A DNA stretch of 64,000 nucleotides from a virus: the IMG/VR virus record IMGVR_UViG_3300045927_000329, positions 7,618 to 71,617 of that record; one strand, written 5' to 3'. Below the pieces are notes generated by a model. It did no database searches and was not told the DNA's origin. It was given only the letters and a program-made list of their open reading frames with translations. Both the position numbers and the translations under genes were made by a program. Positions 34,069 through 45,100 of this stretch are shown in pieces. The number at the start of each line of letters is the position of its first letter. Positions within the stretch are counted from its first letter, which is position 1.

Positions 34069-34635
34069 ATGCCCAGCGTCCTCGAACAGAATGCCGTCTA
34101 CATCCAGAGCGGCAACCCGTACACGGAAGACGCCCCGGTCGACAACTACCCCGGGACCCTCGGGGCGCGCTTCACGATGATGCATCCGGTCAGCCGCGCC
34201 AGCGGCGCCCCGGCCCCGCGCGCCAAGCGCTTCCAGCGCGTCATCGTCGACGCCGCCGCCGCCGCCGCGCCCAAGGTCGGGCAGCCGGTCTACTGGTCCG
34301 ACCGCGCGGCCTACAAGGTCACGACCGCCGGGGGCACCACGCTCAACCAGCTCGCCGGGGTGATCAACAATGCGGCCACGCGCGGCAACGTCACCATCAT
34401 CCAGACCGGTGGGCCGTGCATGGTGCGCGCCTCGGACGCGAACGTCGCCGCCGCGGTGGCCGGAGCCGACACCCTCGTCGGCGGGGCGGCCGACCTGGCG
34501 GTCCTCGTCGCGGCCGGCACCGCGCCGGGCACTCTCCCGCTCGGCGTCGTCTCGACGCCGAAGCTCACCGACACCACGGGCGGCACGGGCAACCACAAGA
34601 TCCAGGTCGACCTCAACATCGACCCGGCGCTCTAG
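34069..34635 (+). CDS. Capsid decoration/cement protein
   Basis: Follows the MCP; Ala/Gly/Thr-rich, IIQTGGP motif. Confidence 0.65.
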   Translation: MPSVLEQNAVYIQSGNPYTEDAPVDNYPGTLGARFTMMHPVSRASGAPAPRAKRFQRVIVDAAAAAAPKVGQPVYWSDRAAYKVTTAGGTTLNQLAGVINNAATRGNVTIIQTGGPCMVRASDANVAAAVAGADTLVGGAADLAVLVAAGTAPGTLPLGVVSTPKLTDTTGGTGNHKIQVDLNIDPAL

Positions 34636-34650
34636 CGGAGGAGGGCACCC

Positions 34651-34971
34651 ATGCCGATCGATCGCACTATCGGGAACTACTTCGACAGCTCGTCGAGCTT
34701 CCTGCGGCGCGTCGCCAAGTGGAGCGGCCCGGCGAGCTACAGCACCGGCGGCGAGGCGGTCGATGCCTCGACCTTCGGGCTGGGGAAGATCATCGCCTTC
34801 CTCACCGGCCCCGCGGTCGATGCGGCGGGCGCCGTCCGCACGCTGGTCTACAACCCGACCACCGGCAAGATCGTCTGGTATGTCTACGACGGGACCAACG
34901 GCATCACCGAGGTCACCGCGTTGACCAACCTCTCGACCTTCAGTGCGCCCTTCGAGGTGATCGGCCAGTAG
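34651..34971 (+). CDS. Virion structural protein (106 aa)
   Basis: GPASYSTGGE...LVYNP...FEVIG; RBS GGAGG. Confidence 0.65.
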   Translation: MPIDRTIGNYFDSSSSFLRRVAKWSGPASYSTGGEAVDASTFGLGKIIAFLTGPAVDAAGAVRTLVYNPTTGKIVWYVYDGTNGITEVTALTNLSTFSAPFEVIGQ

Positions 34972-34990
34972 CCCTGGCCGACCCCGCCCC

Positions 34991-35719
34991 ATGCCGGCGA
35001 TGACCTACGGCGACGTCTGGCGGACGGTGCGGCTCTACTGCCCGTCCGCCCCGACCTTCCTCGCGCGCGAGTGGGTCAACGTCGCCTGGAAGCAGCTCCT
35101 CGCCGCGCGCCGCTGGGGCTTCATGCGCGGCGACCTCACGGTCACGCCGCTCCCCGGCGACACGCACCTCACCGTCCCCGCCGACTTCGCCAGCTTCAAG
35201 GTGGTGGTCGACGAGTCGCGCCAGGTGCGCATCTCGACCACGCACAGCCTCGACGAGCTGGGCTGCACCGACCCGGCGCTCACCGCCGCCGGCCCGGTCA
35301 CCGCGCTCATCGCCACGACGCCCTCGACCGACCCGGCCACCCTCGGCCGCGCGCGCTATCTCTACTACCCGACCGGCTCGGTCTCCACCCTGCGCGCGAT
35401 CTACCACCGCCAGGGCGGGCGCCTCGCCGATGGCGACGTCTTCCCGGGTGTCCTCGCCGACGGCGGCGAGGTCCTCACGGCCGGCGCGCTCGCCCAGGCG
35501 GCCCTCTGGCCCGGCACCGGCGAACGCCCGAATCCGTACTTCAACGCGACGCTCGCGCAGTCGAAGGCCGCCGAGTTCGCGCACGGCATCCAGATGCTCA
35601 GCCTGCGCGACGACGAGCAATACCCCGACGACCTGTGGGACAGCTGGGACGTCTGCGACTGCGGCCTCGGCGGCGGCGACCCGCGCACGACCGACGCCTC
35701 CGTGCTGACCTTCTACTAG
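34991..35719 (+). CDS. Head-tail adaptor-like protein
   Basis: MTYGD...WVNVAW...LTVPADF...YYP adaptor-like pattern. Confidence 0.6.
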   Translation: MPAMTYGDVWRTVRLYCPSAPTFLAREWVNVAWKQLLAARRWGFMRGDLTVTPLPGDTHLTVPADFASFKVVVDESRQVRISTTHSLDELGCTDPALTAAGPVTALIATTPSTDPATLGRARYLYYPTGSVSTLRAIYHRQGGRLADGDVFPGVLADGGEVLTAGALAQAALWPGTGERPNPYFNATLAQSKAAEFAHGIQMLSLRDDEQYPDDLWDSWDVCDCGLGGGDPRTTDASVLTFY

Positions 35720-35739
35720 GAGTACCAAGGAGTTATCCG

Positions 35740-36033
35740 ATGGCAGACATCAAGACCTTCTGGCCCGACCCCGGGATGCCGACCTCGACCGACCTCGGCG
35801 GCGACGGCGTCACCAGCTCCGGCACCGACCCGCAGGTCGACCTCGCCGACGGCAAGCCGCAGGCCTGCGATCCCCTCTGGCCGAACTTCCCCGTCCCGTA
35901 CTTCGGTGGGCAGGAAGACGCCAACTCGGTCAGCGGGCTGCCCGCGCAGCCGAACCGCTTCGAGCCGACCGAGCAGCCGCCCGGGCCGCCCTCGCTGCAG
36001 GACCGCCGGCCGGGCACGATCGACCAGCAGTAG
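35740..36033 (+). CDS. Hypothetical protein (97 aa)
   Basis: RBS AAGGAG before ATG 35740. Confidence 0.6.
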   Translation: MADIKTFWPDPGMPTSTDLGGDGVTSSGTDPQVDLADGKPQACDPLWPNFPVPYFGGQEDANSVSGLPAQPNRFEPTEQPPGPPSLQDRRPGTIDQQ

Positions 36034-36046
36034 GAGGCGAGCCGGC

Positions 36047-37054
36047 GTGCCGAGTGCCTACGCGCACCGCGTGTTCGTCGACGGCGCCGTCGCCTATTGG
36101 CGGCTCGGGGAGATCTCCGGCACGACGGCGCGCGAGGAGATCGGGAGCTTCCACGGCACCATCAGTGGTGCGGTGACGCCGAATCAGCCGGGCGCGCTCT
36201 CGGACGGCAACCGGGCGATGACTTTCAATCCAGCGGGCGCGGCCGATGGCTACATCACGGTGCCCGTGGGCAGTTACAGTGCCGTCGGCACGGGACCGGC
36301 CACCCTGGAGGCCTGGATTCGCGTGCGGTCGATTGCCCCGTCGGTCTACCTCGCGACCGCGCACCTGAATGCCACAGGTCTGATCGCCTATGTGTCCACC
36401 CCGTCCAATCTCCGCGTTCGGTGCTACGGACCCGCCAGCATCGTGGCGGAACCGAACGTCTCGGTGCCCGCCCTCCTCGACGGCAACTGGCACCATGTCG
36501 TGCATGTGCTCCGGCGCGGCAGTCCGAACGACACGATCGAAACGTGGGTCGATGGCACGCTGATGAACTCGCTGACCTTCGCGACGGGCGTCAACTTCAC
36601 GTCAGTCAACCCGACGTTCATCGGGGCGAGTCTGGCCGCCAATGAGTTTCTGGGTGACATCGACGAGTGCGCCCTCTACAAGACCGCCCTGACCCCCGCG
36701 CAGATCGCCAACCACTACGCGGCCGCATCCCAGTCTGGAGGCGTCATGCCGATTCGCTCGTTTCAGCTCGTCCTCTCCGGCACGCCGAAGCGGCTCTCCG
36801 ACGTCTACGGCCTCGGCGGCGAGATGGCCAACATCCCCTACCGCCAGCTCACCTTCCAGGTCGAAGGCGCCGACGCCTATCTCGGGGACTCGACCGCCGT
36901 CTCCACGACCAACTACGGCGTGAAGTTCCCCGCCGCCGGCAGCGCCGACCCGCTCGGCCGCCTCGGCCCCTACGAGGCCGGCCCGCTCAAGCTCTCCGAC
37001 TTCTACGCCGTCGGGGCGGGCGCCACGCTGCACATCCTCGGCGTGCCCTTCTGA
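36047..37054 (+). CDS. LamG/concanavalin-like domain virion protein
   Basis: AYWRLGE, TLEAWIR, DGNWHHVV, WVDG, FLGDIDECALYKTALTPAQIANHY; RBS AGGAGG. Confidence 0.8.
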   Translation: MPSAYAHRVFVDGAVAYWRLGEISGTTAREEIGSFHGTISGAVTPNQPGALSDGNRAMTFNPAGAADGYITVPVGSYSAVGTGPATLEAWIRVRSIAPSVYLATAHLNATGLIAYVSTPSNLRVRCYGPASIVAEPNVSVPALLDGNWHHVVHVLRRGSPNDTIETWVDGTLMNSLTFATGVNFTSVNPTFIGASLAANEFLGDIDECALYKTALTPAQIANHYAAASQSGGVMPIRSFQLVLSGTPKRLSDVYGLGGEMANIPYRQLTFQVEGADAYLGDSTAVSTTNYGVKFPAAGSADPLGRLGPYEAGPLKLSDFYAVGAGATLHILGVPF

Positions 37055-37075
37055 GTCGGCGAGGCGAGGCGGCAG

Positions 37076-38209
37076 ATGCTCCTCTTCATGGACGGCGTCG
37101 GGCACTACGACTCCTCAGGCATCGGGGCGAAGTACTCGACCGTGGACGTGGCGAACTGCACCTGGACCGTCACGACCGAGGGGCGCTTCGGCAACTGCCT
37201 CAAGCGCGCTGCGACAGGCTCCTCCACCGCCTTCGTCGGCCATCTCGTCGTCGCGCCGCTGACCACGCGGCTCGCCCCGTGGTCCCCGCCCACCGGTGGC
37301 GTCTGCGGCTTCGCCATCAGGGTCGACAATCTCGCCCGCACCAACTATGCCCTCACCGCGGGGTACGACAACACCGACTTCTTCAGCGTGCGCGAAGGCG
37401 CGGGCTTCCACGTCAGCGCCGCGCTGAACAAAGACGGCACCTTCACGCTGATTCGCAACGAGACCGGTGTGGGGGGCAGCCTCGTCGTCCTCGCGCAGAG
37501 CAGCGAGGGCCTCACCAGCAACGCCTGGGCCTACGTCGAGTTCCGCTGGACGATCGACATCGCCGCGGGCACCTTCGACATCCGCGTCAACGGCGTCCCC
37601 GTCCTCACCTACACCGGGCGCACACGCTCGAACAATGTCCTCCATAGCAACCTCGGCGTGTGGAACGCCGTGCATCTGCTCGGCGCCGCCTCGGAGCCCT
37701 CGCCCTTCGCCGTCATGCGCATGTGCGATCTCTATCTCGCCGACCTCGCCTCGGCCGACCCCGACGACGTCAGCGACTTCCTCGGCGACGGCGTGATCCA
37801 GACCATCCTCCCGAACGGCGCGGGCGCCAGCTCCCTCTGGAGCCCGTCCTCGGGCGCCAACTGGGAGTGCGTCGACGATCGCCCCGCGCCCGACGGCGAC
37901 GGCACGACCATCTCGGCCACCGCCACCGCCACTAAGGACACCTACCCCTTCGAGGACATCCCACCGGTCTCCGTCGTCAAGGGCATTCACGTCAACATCC
38001 TGGCGCGCAAGGAAGAAGAAGGCAGTGCCGTCCTCGCCCCCGTCGTGCGCCAGTCCGGCACCGACTACCTCGGCACGCCACAGGGGGTCGCCGGCATCAC
38101 CTACGATCGCTACCTCACGCAGGCCTGGGACCTCAACCCGGCGACCAACGAGAAGTTCACCGCCGCCGAGGTCAACGGCGGCGAGTTCGGCGTCGTCAAA
38201 ACCTTCTAG
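37076..38209 (+). CDS. Tail/virion protein with lectin-like fold
   Basis: MLLFMDG..., WAYVEF, DIRVNG, DLYL; paralog of 38631-39647. Confidence 0.7.
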   Translation: MLLFMDGVGHYDSSGIGAKYSTVDVANCTWTVTTEGRFGNCLKRAATGSSTAFVGHLVVAPLTTRLAPWSPPTGGVCGFAIRVDNLARTNYALTAGYDNTDFFSVREGAGFHVSAALNKDGTFTLIRNETGVGGSLVVLAQSSEGLTSNAWAYVEFRWTIDIAAGTFDIRVNGVPVLTYTGRTRSNNVLHSNLGVWNAVHLLGAASEPSPFAVMRMCDLYLADLASADPDDVSDFLGDGVIQTILPNGAGASSLWSPSSGANWECVDDRPAPDGDGTTISATATATKDTYPFEDIPPVSVVKGIHVNILARKEEEGSAVLAPVVRQSGTDYLGTPQGVAGITYDRYLTQAWDLNPATNEKFTAAEVNGGEFGVVKTF

Positions 38210-38224
38210 CGGGGCGCGCGTGCG

Positions 38225-38605
38225 GTGAAGAGCATCGTCACGCAGCTCGCCGCCGAAGCCTTCACCGCCGCCCCCGCGGCGACCCGCACGACCCAGCTCG
38301 CCACCGAGATCTTCCAGTCCCGTCCTACGGCCGCGCGCGCCACCCAGCTCGCCGTCGAGGTCTTCGTCCCGCGCCCGGTCCTGGCGCGCGCGACGCACGC
38401 GCTCGTGGAGGTCTACCAGGCGCGGGCGGCCTCCCTCGCCGCCACCTCCATCGCCGTCGAGGTCTTCGTCCCCGCGAGCGATCTGATCGGGGGGCTGCTG
38501 CCGCCGACCGTCTGCGACGGCGCGCTGCCGATCGACGCCGAGCCGCCAGGGGGGTCTTGCCCGCCCGCCTTCTTCGACCCAGACTCCGACGAGAACTGGA
38601 GCTAG
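38225..38605 (+). CDS. Virion protein with repeated TQLAxEV motifs
   Basis: Five TQLA(A/T/V)E-like repeats. Confidence 0.6.
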   Translation: MKSIVTQLAAEAFTAAPAATRTTQLATEIFQSRPTAARATQLAVEVFVPRPVLARATHALVEVYQARAASLAATSIAVEVFVPASDLIGGLLPPTVCDGALPIDAEPPGGSCPPAFFDPDSDENWS

Positions 38606-38630
38606 GAGCCAGGAGCCAGGAGGTCTCGCC

Positions 38631-39647
38631 GTGGCGCTGCTCTTCCTCGATAGCTTCGACCACTACACCACCGCGCAGCTCACCGACAAGTGGACCAGCG
38701 GGAGCGGCACCATCACGGCCGGTCGCCACGGCAACGGGATCAACAGCCCGGACTGCAACGTCTCCACGTTCACCCCCGCGAGCGGGCGCGTGCTGTTGGG
38801 CGTGGCGTTCAACCCGAATAACACCTTCGAGCAGCTCTTTCGGATCGGGGCGCTCAACGGGCCGGAACTCTTCACGCTCCGCACGCGCAACGACGGCGGC
38901 CTCGAATTCGGCGCGGCCAGTGGCAGCGCGTTCTCGCCGGGAGCGGGCCTCATCTTCCTCACCCAGTGGCACTACATCGAGCTGGACGTCACCTTCGTCG
39001 TGACCTTCAGCACGCCCTACTACACCGTCACCGCCTCTGCGGTGAAGGCCTACGTGGACGGCGCGCTCTCGCTCGACGATGCCAGCGGGCTGCACACGGG
39101 AGTGCTGGAAGCGATCCCGACCTACGGCTGGAACAGCGTCGGCCTGGGCTCCAACTTCACCTCCAGCACGTTTGACGACTTCTACCTGTGCGACGGCAGC
39201 GGCCCGGCGCCGTGGAACGCCCCGCTCGGCGACGTCCGCATCTCCGTCATCCGGCCCAACGGTGTGGGCGCCGCGACCGCCTGGACGCCGATCGGCGCGG
39301 CCACCAACTACGGCGCCTGCGCCGACCTCACGCCCGACGACGACACCACCAAGGTCACTGCCGCGACCGCCGGCCTCTCCGACCTCTACCAGATGGAAGA
39401 CCTCAACACCGACAACACGATCATCGGCGCGCAGCTGCTCGTCGCCTCCCGGCGCACCGAGGAAGGCTTTGCGAACCTGGCGCCGCTCCTCCGCCACGCG
39501 GGGGTGACCACGGCCCTGCCGGCGCGCGCGATCTCGCCGACCTACTTCTACCGCAACCGCGACTGCTTCGTGACGATGCCGAACGGCGACCCGCTCACCG
39601 ACGCCAACGTCAACGCGCTGCAGGCTGGCGTGCGCAGGACCTCCTAG
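38631..39647 (+). CDS. Tail/virion protein with lectin-like fold
   Basis: MALLFLDSFDHY, WHYIEL, YVDG, FDDFYLCDGSG. Confidence 0.7.
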   Translation: MALLFLDSFDHYTTAQLTDKWTSGSGTITAGRHGNGINSPDCNVSTFTPASGRVLLGVAFNPNNTFEQLFRIGALNGPELFTLRTRNDGGLEFGAASGSAFSPGAGLIFLTQWHYIELDVTFVVTFSTPYYTVTASAVKAYVDGALSLDDASGLHTGVLEAIPTYGWNSVGLGSNFTSSTFDDFYLCDGSGPAPWNAPLGDVRISVIRPNGVGAATAWTPIGAATNYGACADLTPDDDTTKVTAATAGLSDLYQMEDLNTDNTIIGAQLLVASRRTEEGFANLAPLLRHAGVTTALPARAISPTYFYRNRDCFVTMPNGDPLTDANVNALQAGVRRTS

Positions 39648-39658
39648 GATCGGCACGA

Positions 39659-40564
39659 GTGGCGTTCGCGCGTGTCCAGGCGGCGCCCAAGGTGACCGGG
39701 GGGTCGGCGACCTCGATTCCCATCACCTTCTCGACGCCGCCCACGGTCGGCAACGGCATCATCGTCCCGGTCGTCACCTGGGGCGGCAATCTGACCGGCA
39801 CGACCTGCGCCGACAATCGCGGCAACAGCTACAACGTCGCCGTCGCCTTCAAGCACACCGGCTCCGCCCCCGGCGTCGTCATCGCCTACTGCCCGAAGCT
39901 CGTCGCGACCGGCGGCCCGTTCACGATCACCGTCACCGTGGCGGCGGGTATCTACTGGGTCGGGACGGCTATCGAGGTCAGCGGCGTCGGGTCGGGGCTC
40001 AACGTCGATCGCACCGTCACGCGCCAGGACAACAGCGGTACGACGTTCCTCACCGACTCCACCGCCGCGCTCTTCAACGATGAGGTCTTCGCGTGCGCCG
40101 TCGTCTCCCTCGGCAGCGGGCAGGGCTCGCTCACCGTCGAGGGCGTCTCCCCGGCGTGGACGCAGGAAGTCGAAGACCTTTCCTTCACCTGGAGCGTCGG
40201 CGAGGTCGACACACGCGTCCTCACCGGCGTCGTCGGCACGCCGCAGAGCTGCAGCTGGGCGGGCACGACGGGCACGACCTCGGCGACGGCGCTCGCCTGC
40301 TTCTCGGCGGGCGTCGTCGTCGCTGCCGAGGTCGCTGTCACGCAGGTCCCGCTCGAAGTCGCCGCTCGCCTCCCGACCGACCTCGCCGTCACGCAGCTCC
40401 TCGTCGAGGCCGCCTGGCAGACCCGCGTCCTCCCCGCCACCCTCGACGCCACGCAGCTCCTCATCGAGATCCTCCACTACGACCTCGGCGAGCCGCCGAC
40501 CCCGCCGCGTCCGCCGCGGACCTCCGCCTGTCCGAAGACCCTGCCGCTCGACCGCGAGCGATAG
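39659..40564 (+). CDS. Tail/virion protein, Thr/Gly/Val-rich, C-terminal TQLLxE repeats
   Basis: GTG start 39659; ADNRGNSY motif. Confidence 0.65.
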   Translation: MAFARVQAAPKVTGGSATSIPITFSTPPTVGNGIIVPVVTWGGNLTGTTCADNRGNSYNVAVAFKHTGSAPGVVIAYCPKLVATGGPFTITVTVAAGIYWVGTAIEVSGVGSGLNVDRTVTRQDNSGTTFLTDSTAALFNDEVFACAVVSLGSGQGSLTVEGVSPAWTQEVEDLSFTWSVGEVDTRVLTGVVGTPQSCSWAGTTGTTSATALACFSAGVVVAAEVAVTQVPLEVAARLPTDLAVTQLLVEAAWQTRVLPATLDATQLLIEILHYDLGEPPTPPRPPRTSACPKTLPLDRER

Positions 40565-40623
40565 CCGCAGCGCCTTAGGGGGGTCTTGCCGCCCGCCCCA
40601 CCGCCTCACATCCTTCCTCCGAG

Positions 40624-41370
40624 GTGCCCTACTCGACCACCACGCTCGCCGACCTCCAGGCGCACATGGCGCAGCGCTGGGACCAGGTGGTCTTCTGGAC
40701 GCCGCTCGAAGCGCGCCTGGCGCTCAACGAGGCGCTGCGCGACTGGAACCTCCTGACCGGCCGCTGGCGTACGCGCGTCGCGCTCGACGTCCTCGGCCCC
40801 GACCCGGAGATCGCGCTCCCCAGCCTCCTCAGCTACTCGATGCGCGTCACCACCGTCGCCGGCAGCCCGCTCATCCCGACCTCGCTCTCCGAACTCGATC
40901 TCGGGCGCCCCTCCTGGCGCCTGGAGACCATCACCTCCGGCGGCGACGTCCCGACCGTCCCGACGCTCTGGGCGCCGGTGTCCCTGACCCGCATCGCCAT
41001 CTGGCCGACCTACCCGGTCCTCAACGCCCTGGCGCTCCGCGCCGACGGCGTCCTCCGCACGCCGGTCCTCCTCGCCGGCAGCGACCTGGTCGACCTCGGC
41101 GAAGAGATCATCGACGTCATCGTCGACATGGCGCTGCACGTCGCCGCCTTCAAGGAGGGCGGCACGCGCTGGCGCGCCACCCGGCCTTACTACGAAGCGT
41201 TCCTGCAGGCGGCCGCCGAGGAGAACAGCCTCCTGAAGCAGCACCAGGCCTACCGCCGCTGGGCCGGCCTCGACCGCCGCCGCGACCTCCAGCCCTCGAC
41301 CGGCGCGCCGACCCAGCTCACTGGTCTGGCGACGCAGTTCTCCTCCCACGACACCGGCGCGGAGGAGTAG
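40624..41370 (+). CDS. Head-tail adaptor/tail tubular-like protein
   Basis: TLADLQ...FWT...LNEALR...IWP pattern. Confidence 0.65.
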   Translation: MPYSTTTLADLQAHMAQRWDQVVFWTPLEARLALNEALRDWNLLTGRWRTRVALDVLGPDPEIALPSLLSYSMRVTTVAGSPLIPTSLSELDLGRPSWRLETITSGGDVPTVPTLWAPVSLTRIAIWPTYPVLNALALRADGVLRTPVLLAGSDLVDLGEEIIDVIVDMALHVAAFKEGGTRWRATRPYYEAFLQAAAEENSLLKQHQAYRRWAGLDRRRDLQPSTGAPTQLTGLATQFSSHDTGAEE

Positions 41371-41376
41371 CCAGCG

Positions 41377-42015
41377 ATGCTCGACCGCGACCTCCTCGGC
41401 GAACTGCAGCTCGTGCTCATCGAGCCCTACGACGGTGGCGACACCTGGCCCTCGCTCATCTGGACGCGCGAGGAAGTCGTCGACGCGGTCAACGCCGGCA
41501 TCCGCGCGCTCGTCCGCGCCGTCCACCTCGACGTCGCCCGCACCGAGCTGCCCGTCGCGGCGCTCGCCACTTCGGTTGCACTTCCAACTGATTGGCTGGC
41601 CTCGGCCGCGCTCGTCTGGCGCGACGCGGCGACCGCCGTCCGCACGCCGCTCGGCCCGGTCGACAGCTTCGAGGGCGACCTCGCGCTCCCCGGCTGGGAG
41701 AGCACGCCCGGCCTGCCGCTCGGCTACGCCGACCTCGACGCGGCGACCCTGACCCTGCGCCTGGTCCCGACGCCCGCGGCCGCCGGCCTCCTCGAACTGC
41801 TCTACATCCGCGTGCCGCCGCTCGCGACCGGCGTCGCCCCCGGCGCCGACCTCCCCGTCGCCGAGGAGTTCGTCTCCGCGGTGAAGTACTCCGCGCTCGG
41901 GGCGCTCCTGCGCAAGGTCGGCCGCCTGCTCGATCCCGAGCGCGCCGCCTACTGCGAGCGCCGCACCGAACTCGCCGACGCGGCTGCCGCGATCCTCCTC
42001 GGAGGCTGGGCCTGA
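41377..42015 (+). CDS. Adaptor-like protein (paralogous fold)
   Basis: WTREEVVDAVNAG...LPTDW...LVPTP; RBS GGAGGAG. Confidence 0.65.
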   Translation: MLDRDLLGELQLVLIEPYDGGDTWPSLIWTREEVVDAVNAGIRALVRAVHLDVARTELPVAALATSVALPTDWLASAALVWRDAATAVRTPLGPVDSFEGDLALPGWESTPGLPLGYADLDAATLTLRLVPTPAAAGLLELLYIRVPPLATGVAPGADLPVAEEFVSAVKYSALGALLRKVGRLLDPERAAYCERRTELADAAAAILLGGWA

Positions 42016-42173
42016 TGCGCTACCACTGCCACTTCTGTGGAAAGTCGGTTACGTCCGAGCTGCCGGACGACACCGTCATCCGCGCGATCCTCGTCTGCCC
42101 CGAGTGCATCGAGGACAAGCGAATCGTCATCCCGGAGCCGGCTGAACTGCCGACGCTGGACGAGCTGTTCTGA
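42015..42173 (+). CDS. Small zinc-finger protein (52 aa)
   Basis: MRYHCHFCGK...VCPEC; TGATG overlaps on both sides. Confidence 0.6.
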   Translation: MRYHCHFCGKSVTSELPDDTVIRAILVCPECIEDKRIVIPEPAELPTLDELF

Positions 42174-45100
42174 TGGCCGAACAGATCTCCCGTCGATCGA
42201 ACCCCGTCACCAGCGCCGGCTTCGAGCAGCCCTTCGAGACCCAGCCGGTGCGCTTCGGCAGCGGCACGCTCAACCTCAAAGACAGCCTCGATGCGATGGA
42301 GGGGTGGACGCGCCTCACCAACGTCTGGCACGAGAACGAAGGCGAGGCGACCGCCCGCCCGGGCCAGGACTCCATCGCCAGCCACGCCGGCTCCGGCCCC
42401 GTCTCCGCCGTCCGCAAGCTGCGCGACCCGGACTCCTCGACCTACACGCGCTTCTGGGGCGTCGGCGACACGCTGCAGCGCGGCGGCGAGGGCGCGACCA
42501 CCGTGGTCGCTTCCGGCTTGAGCGGCCAGCCGCTCGCGCTGGTCCCGCACCGCCCGACCCTCAGCGGCGAGCCGTGGATGTTTGTCGGCGACAAGTCGAA
42601 GATGCTCAAGGTGCGCGCCGACGGGCTCGCCCTCCCCATCGGCCTGCCGATCCCGACCGCCCCGCCGACCCTCGCGCTCGCGCCCGAGTACCGCACCGCG
42701 ATGGCGCAGTTCGAGTCGGCCGACGGCTCGCAGGCCTCGGCCTGGACCGGCACCGCCGGCACCAACCGCAAGGGCTACGCGTCCGGCATCCCGATCACCG
42801 TCGACGACACGACCGGCTACCAGGACGGCGCGGGCGCCGTGCGCTTCCGCACCACCGACAGCCCCCTGATGGAGACCGGCCTCACCTACGACAGCTGGTG
42901 GGGCATGGCGCGCTCGCTCAACCTCAACACCCTCACCCAGGTCGGCGGCTCGGCCACCACGCCTGGCTCTGACGACGACCACATCCACCTCTGGCTGCTC
43001 GTCAGCCACCCGCACACGATCGAAGAGGTCCGCCTCTACTTCGTCGTCAGCGACGACTTCAACCCGACCGTCCTCCCCGGCACCTCGTACATGGACTCGG
43101 TCACCGGCGCGGCCAACACCAACGCCTACGTCAAGAGCTTCCGCAAGTCCGACTGGACGGCCTACCAGCAGGGGCGCGCCGACCAGATCGAGGCAGCCGA
43201 GGCCGACCGCGTCCACCGGATGCGCACCGTGCCCGGCTACCGCTACGCCCCCGATTACCAGGATCTGCGCGACGTCGCCTACAGCATCTGGAAGTCGCGC
43301 CTCGATGCGGTCGATGCCAGCCGCACCGCCTCGCTCGAACTGCGCGGCGGCGCGCACCAGTGGCAGGAGTTCGGGTCGATCGGCGTGCCGCTGCGGCGCG
43401 GTGACTTCCAGCGCCTCGGCGAATCGCTCGACCGCGGCTGGGGCACCATCACCGGGATCATCGTCTACGTGCGCGTCACCCCGACGCTCGCTGACCGCGT
43501 CCTGGAGATCGGCCTCGACGGCCTGTGGCTGACCGGCGGCTCCGGCCCCGACTCCACCGAGCCGGGCAACCAGCCCTACGACTACCGCGTCACCAACTAC
43601 GACCCGCGCACCGGCGCCGAGTCCAACGGCAACAAAGTCCCCGACCCGCTCGTCACCATCGACAGCGTCCGCCGCGGGATCGTCGTCGACCCGCCGGCCT
43701 ACGGCGACGCCGCCGTGCGCCAACGCTTCTACCGGCGCGGCGGCTCGGTCAACGAGGACTGGTTCTTCGTCGGCCAGAACGACTCCGACGGCGGCGCGTT
43801 CACCGACTCCGCCGAGGACGTCGAGGCGGCGACCGCCGGGGTCATCCCGACCGACCACTACCAGCCCGTCCCGACCCTCGACCCCGACACCGGCGAGGAG
43901 ATCCTCGCCCAGCCGCTCCCGGCGCTCTGGGGCCCGCTCGAAGGGATGCTCCTCGGCTGCGGCGATCCGAACCGCCCCGGGCATCTCTACTACTGTCTCG
44001 CCGGGCAGCCCGATCACTGGTCCGCCACTGGCAACGTCGAAGTGTGCGCGCCCTCCGAGGAGCTGATGAACGGCGGCCTTATCGGCCACCAGGGCTTCGT
44101 CTTCAGCCGCGCGCGCCTCTACCTCACCTATCCGAATCTCTCCGGTGGCCAGGGCGTCACCGCCACGCCCTCGCTCTGCACGCGCGGCCTCCTGGGCCGC
44201 TGGAGCTTCTGCTGCGGCCCAGGCGGCATCGTCTACTTCGTCGCCGAGGACGGCGTCTTCGCGACCAGTGGCGGCCCCGAGGAGTGGCTCTCTGAGGTCA
44301 TCAACCCGCTCTTCTACGGCACCGCCGTCAACGGCTACCAGCCGATCGACAAGGCCGAGACGCACCTGATCCGCCTCACCGTCTGGGAGAACGATCTCTT
44401 CTTCCTCTACCCGGACACCGCGGGCGACATGCAGGTGCTGGTCTACTCGATCCTGCAGCGCCACTGGCGCCACTACCACTTCGCCAAGGAGCCCTCGGTC
44501 GTCCAGGGCGAGGACGAAGACATCCTCATCCTCGGCGGCCGCTCGACCTCCACGAGCTACACGCACGAAGGCCGCTCGGACGACGGCGAGGCGATCGCCT
44601 GCGTCATGCGCACCGGCTCGGTCAGTGGCGGCCGGCGCGAGGAGAAGCTCTTCGGCGACGTCTTCCTCGACGCCGACACCGACGACATCGACCTCACGCT
44701 GCAGATCTTCCTGAACGAGGAGACGCACGCCAACGTCGAGGAGCTGATCGCCGCCGACCTCGGACGCCGCCGCTTCCTCATCCACGCCTTCGGCACCAAC
44801 CCGCAGAAGGCGCACTCCATCGCCTTCGAGATGCGCTGGTCTTCCGCCGAGCGCGCGCCGATCCTCTACCAGGCCGGCATCGCCGTCACGCTGCAGCCCG
44901 ACCTCACCAACACGCGCGTCACCAACTGGGACGACCTCGGGTCGCCGGACGAGGTCTGGCTGACCGGTGTCACGCTCGACTGCGACACCGGCGGGGCGGC
45001 CAAGACGATCCTCATCGAGCGCGACTTCGACGGCAGCCGCTCAACCGTGGCGACCTTCGACGTCACCGCGTCGAACCGGCACAAGTTCAAGTTCTCCTGG

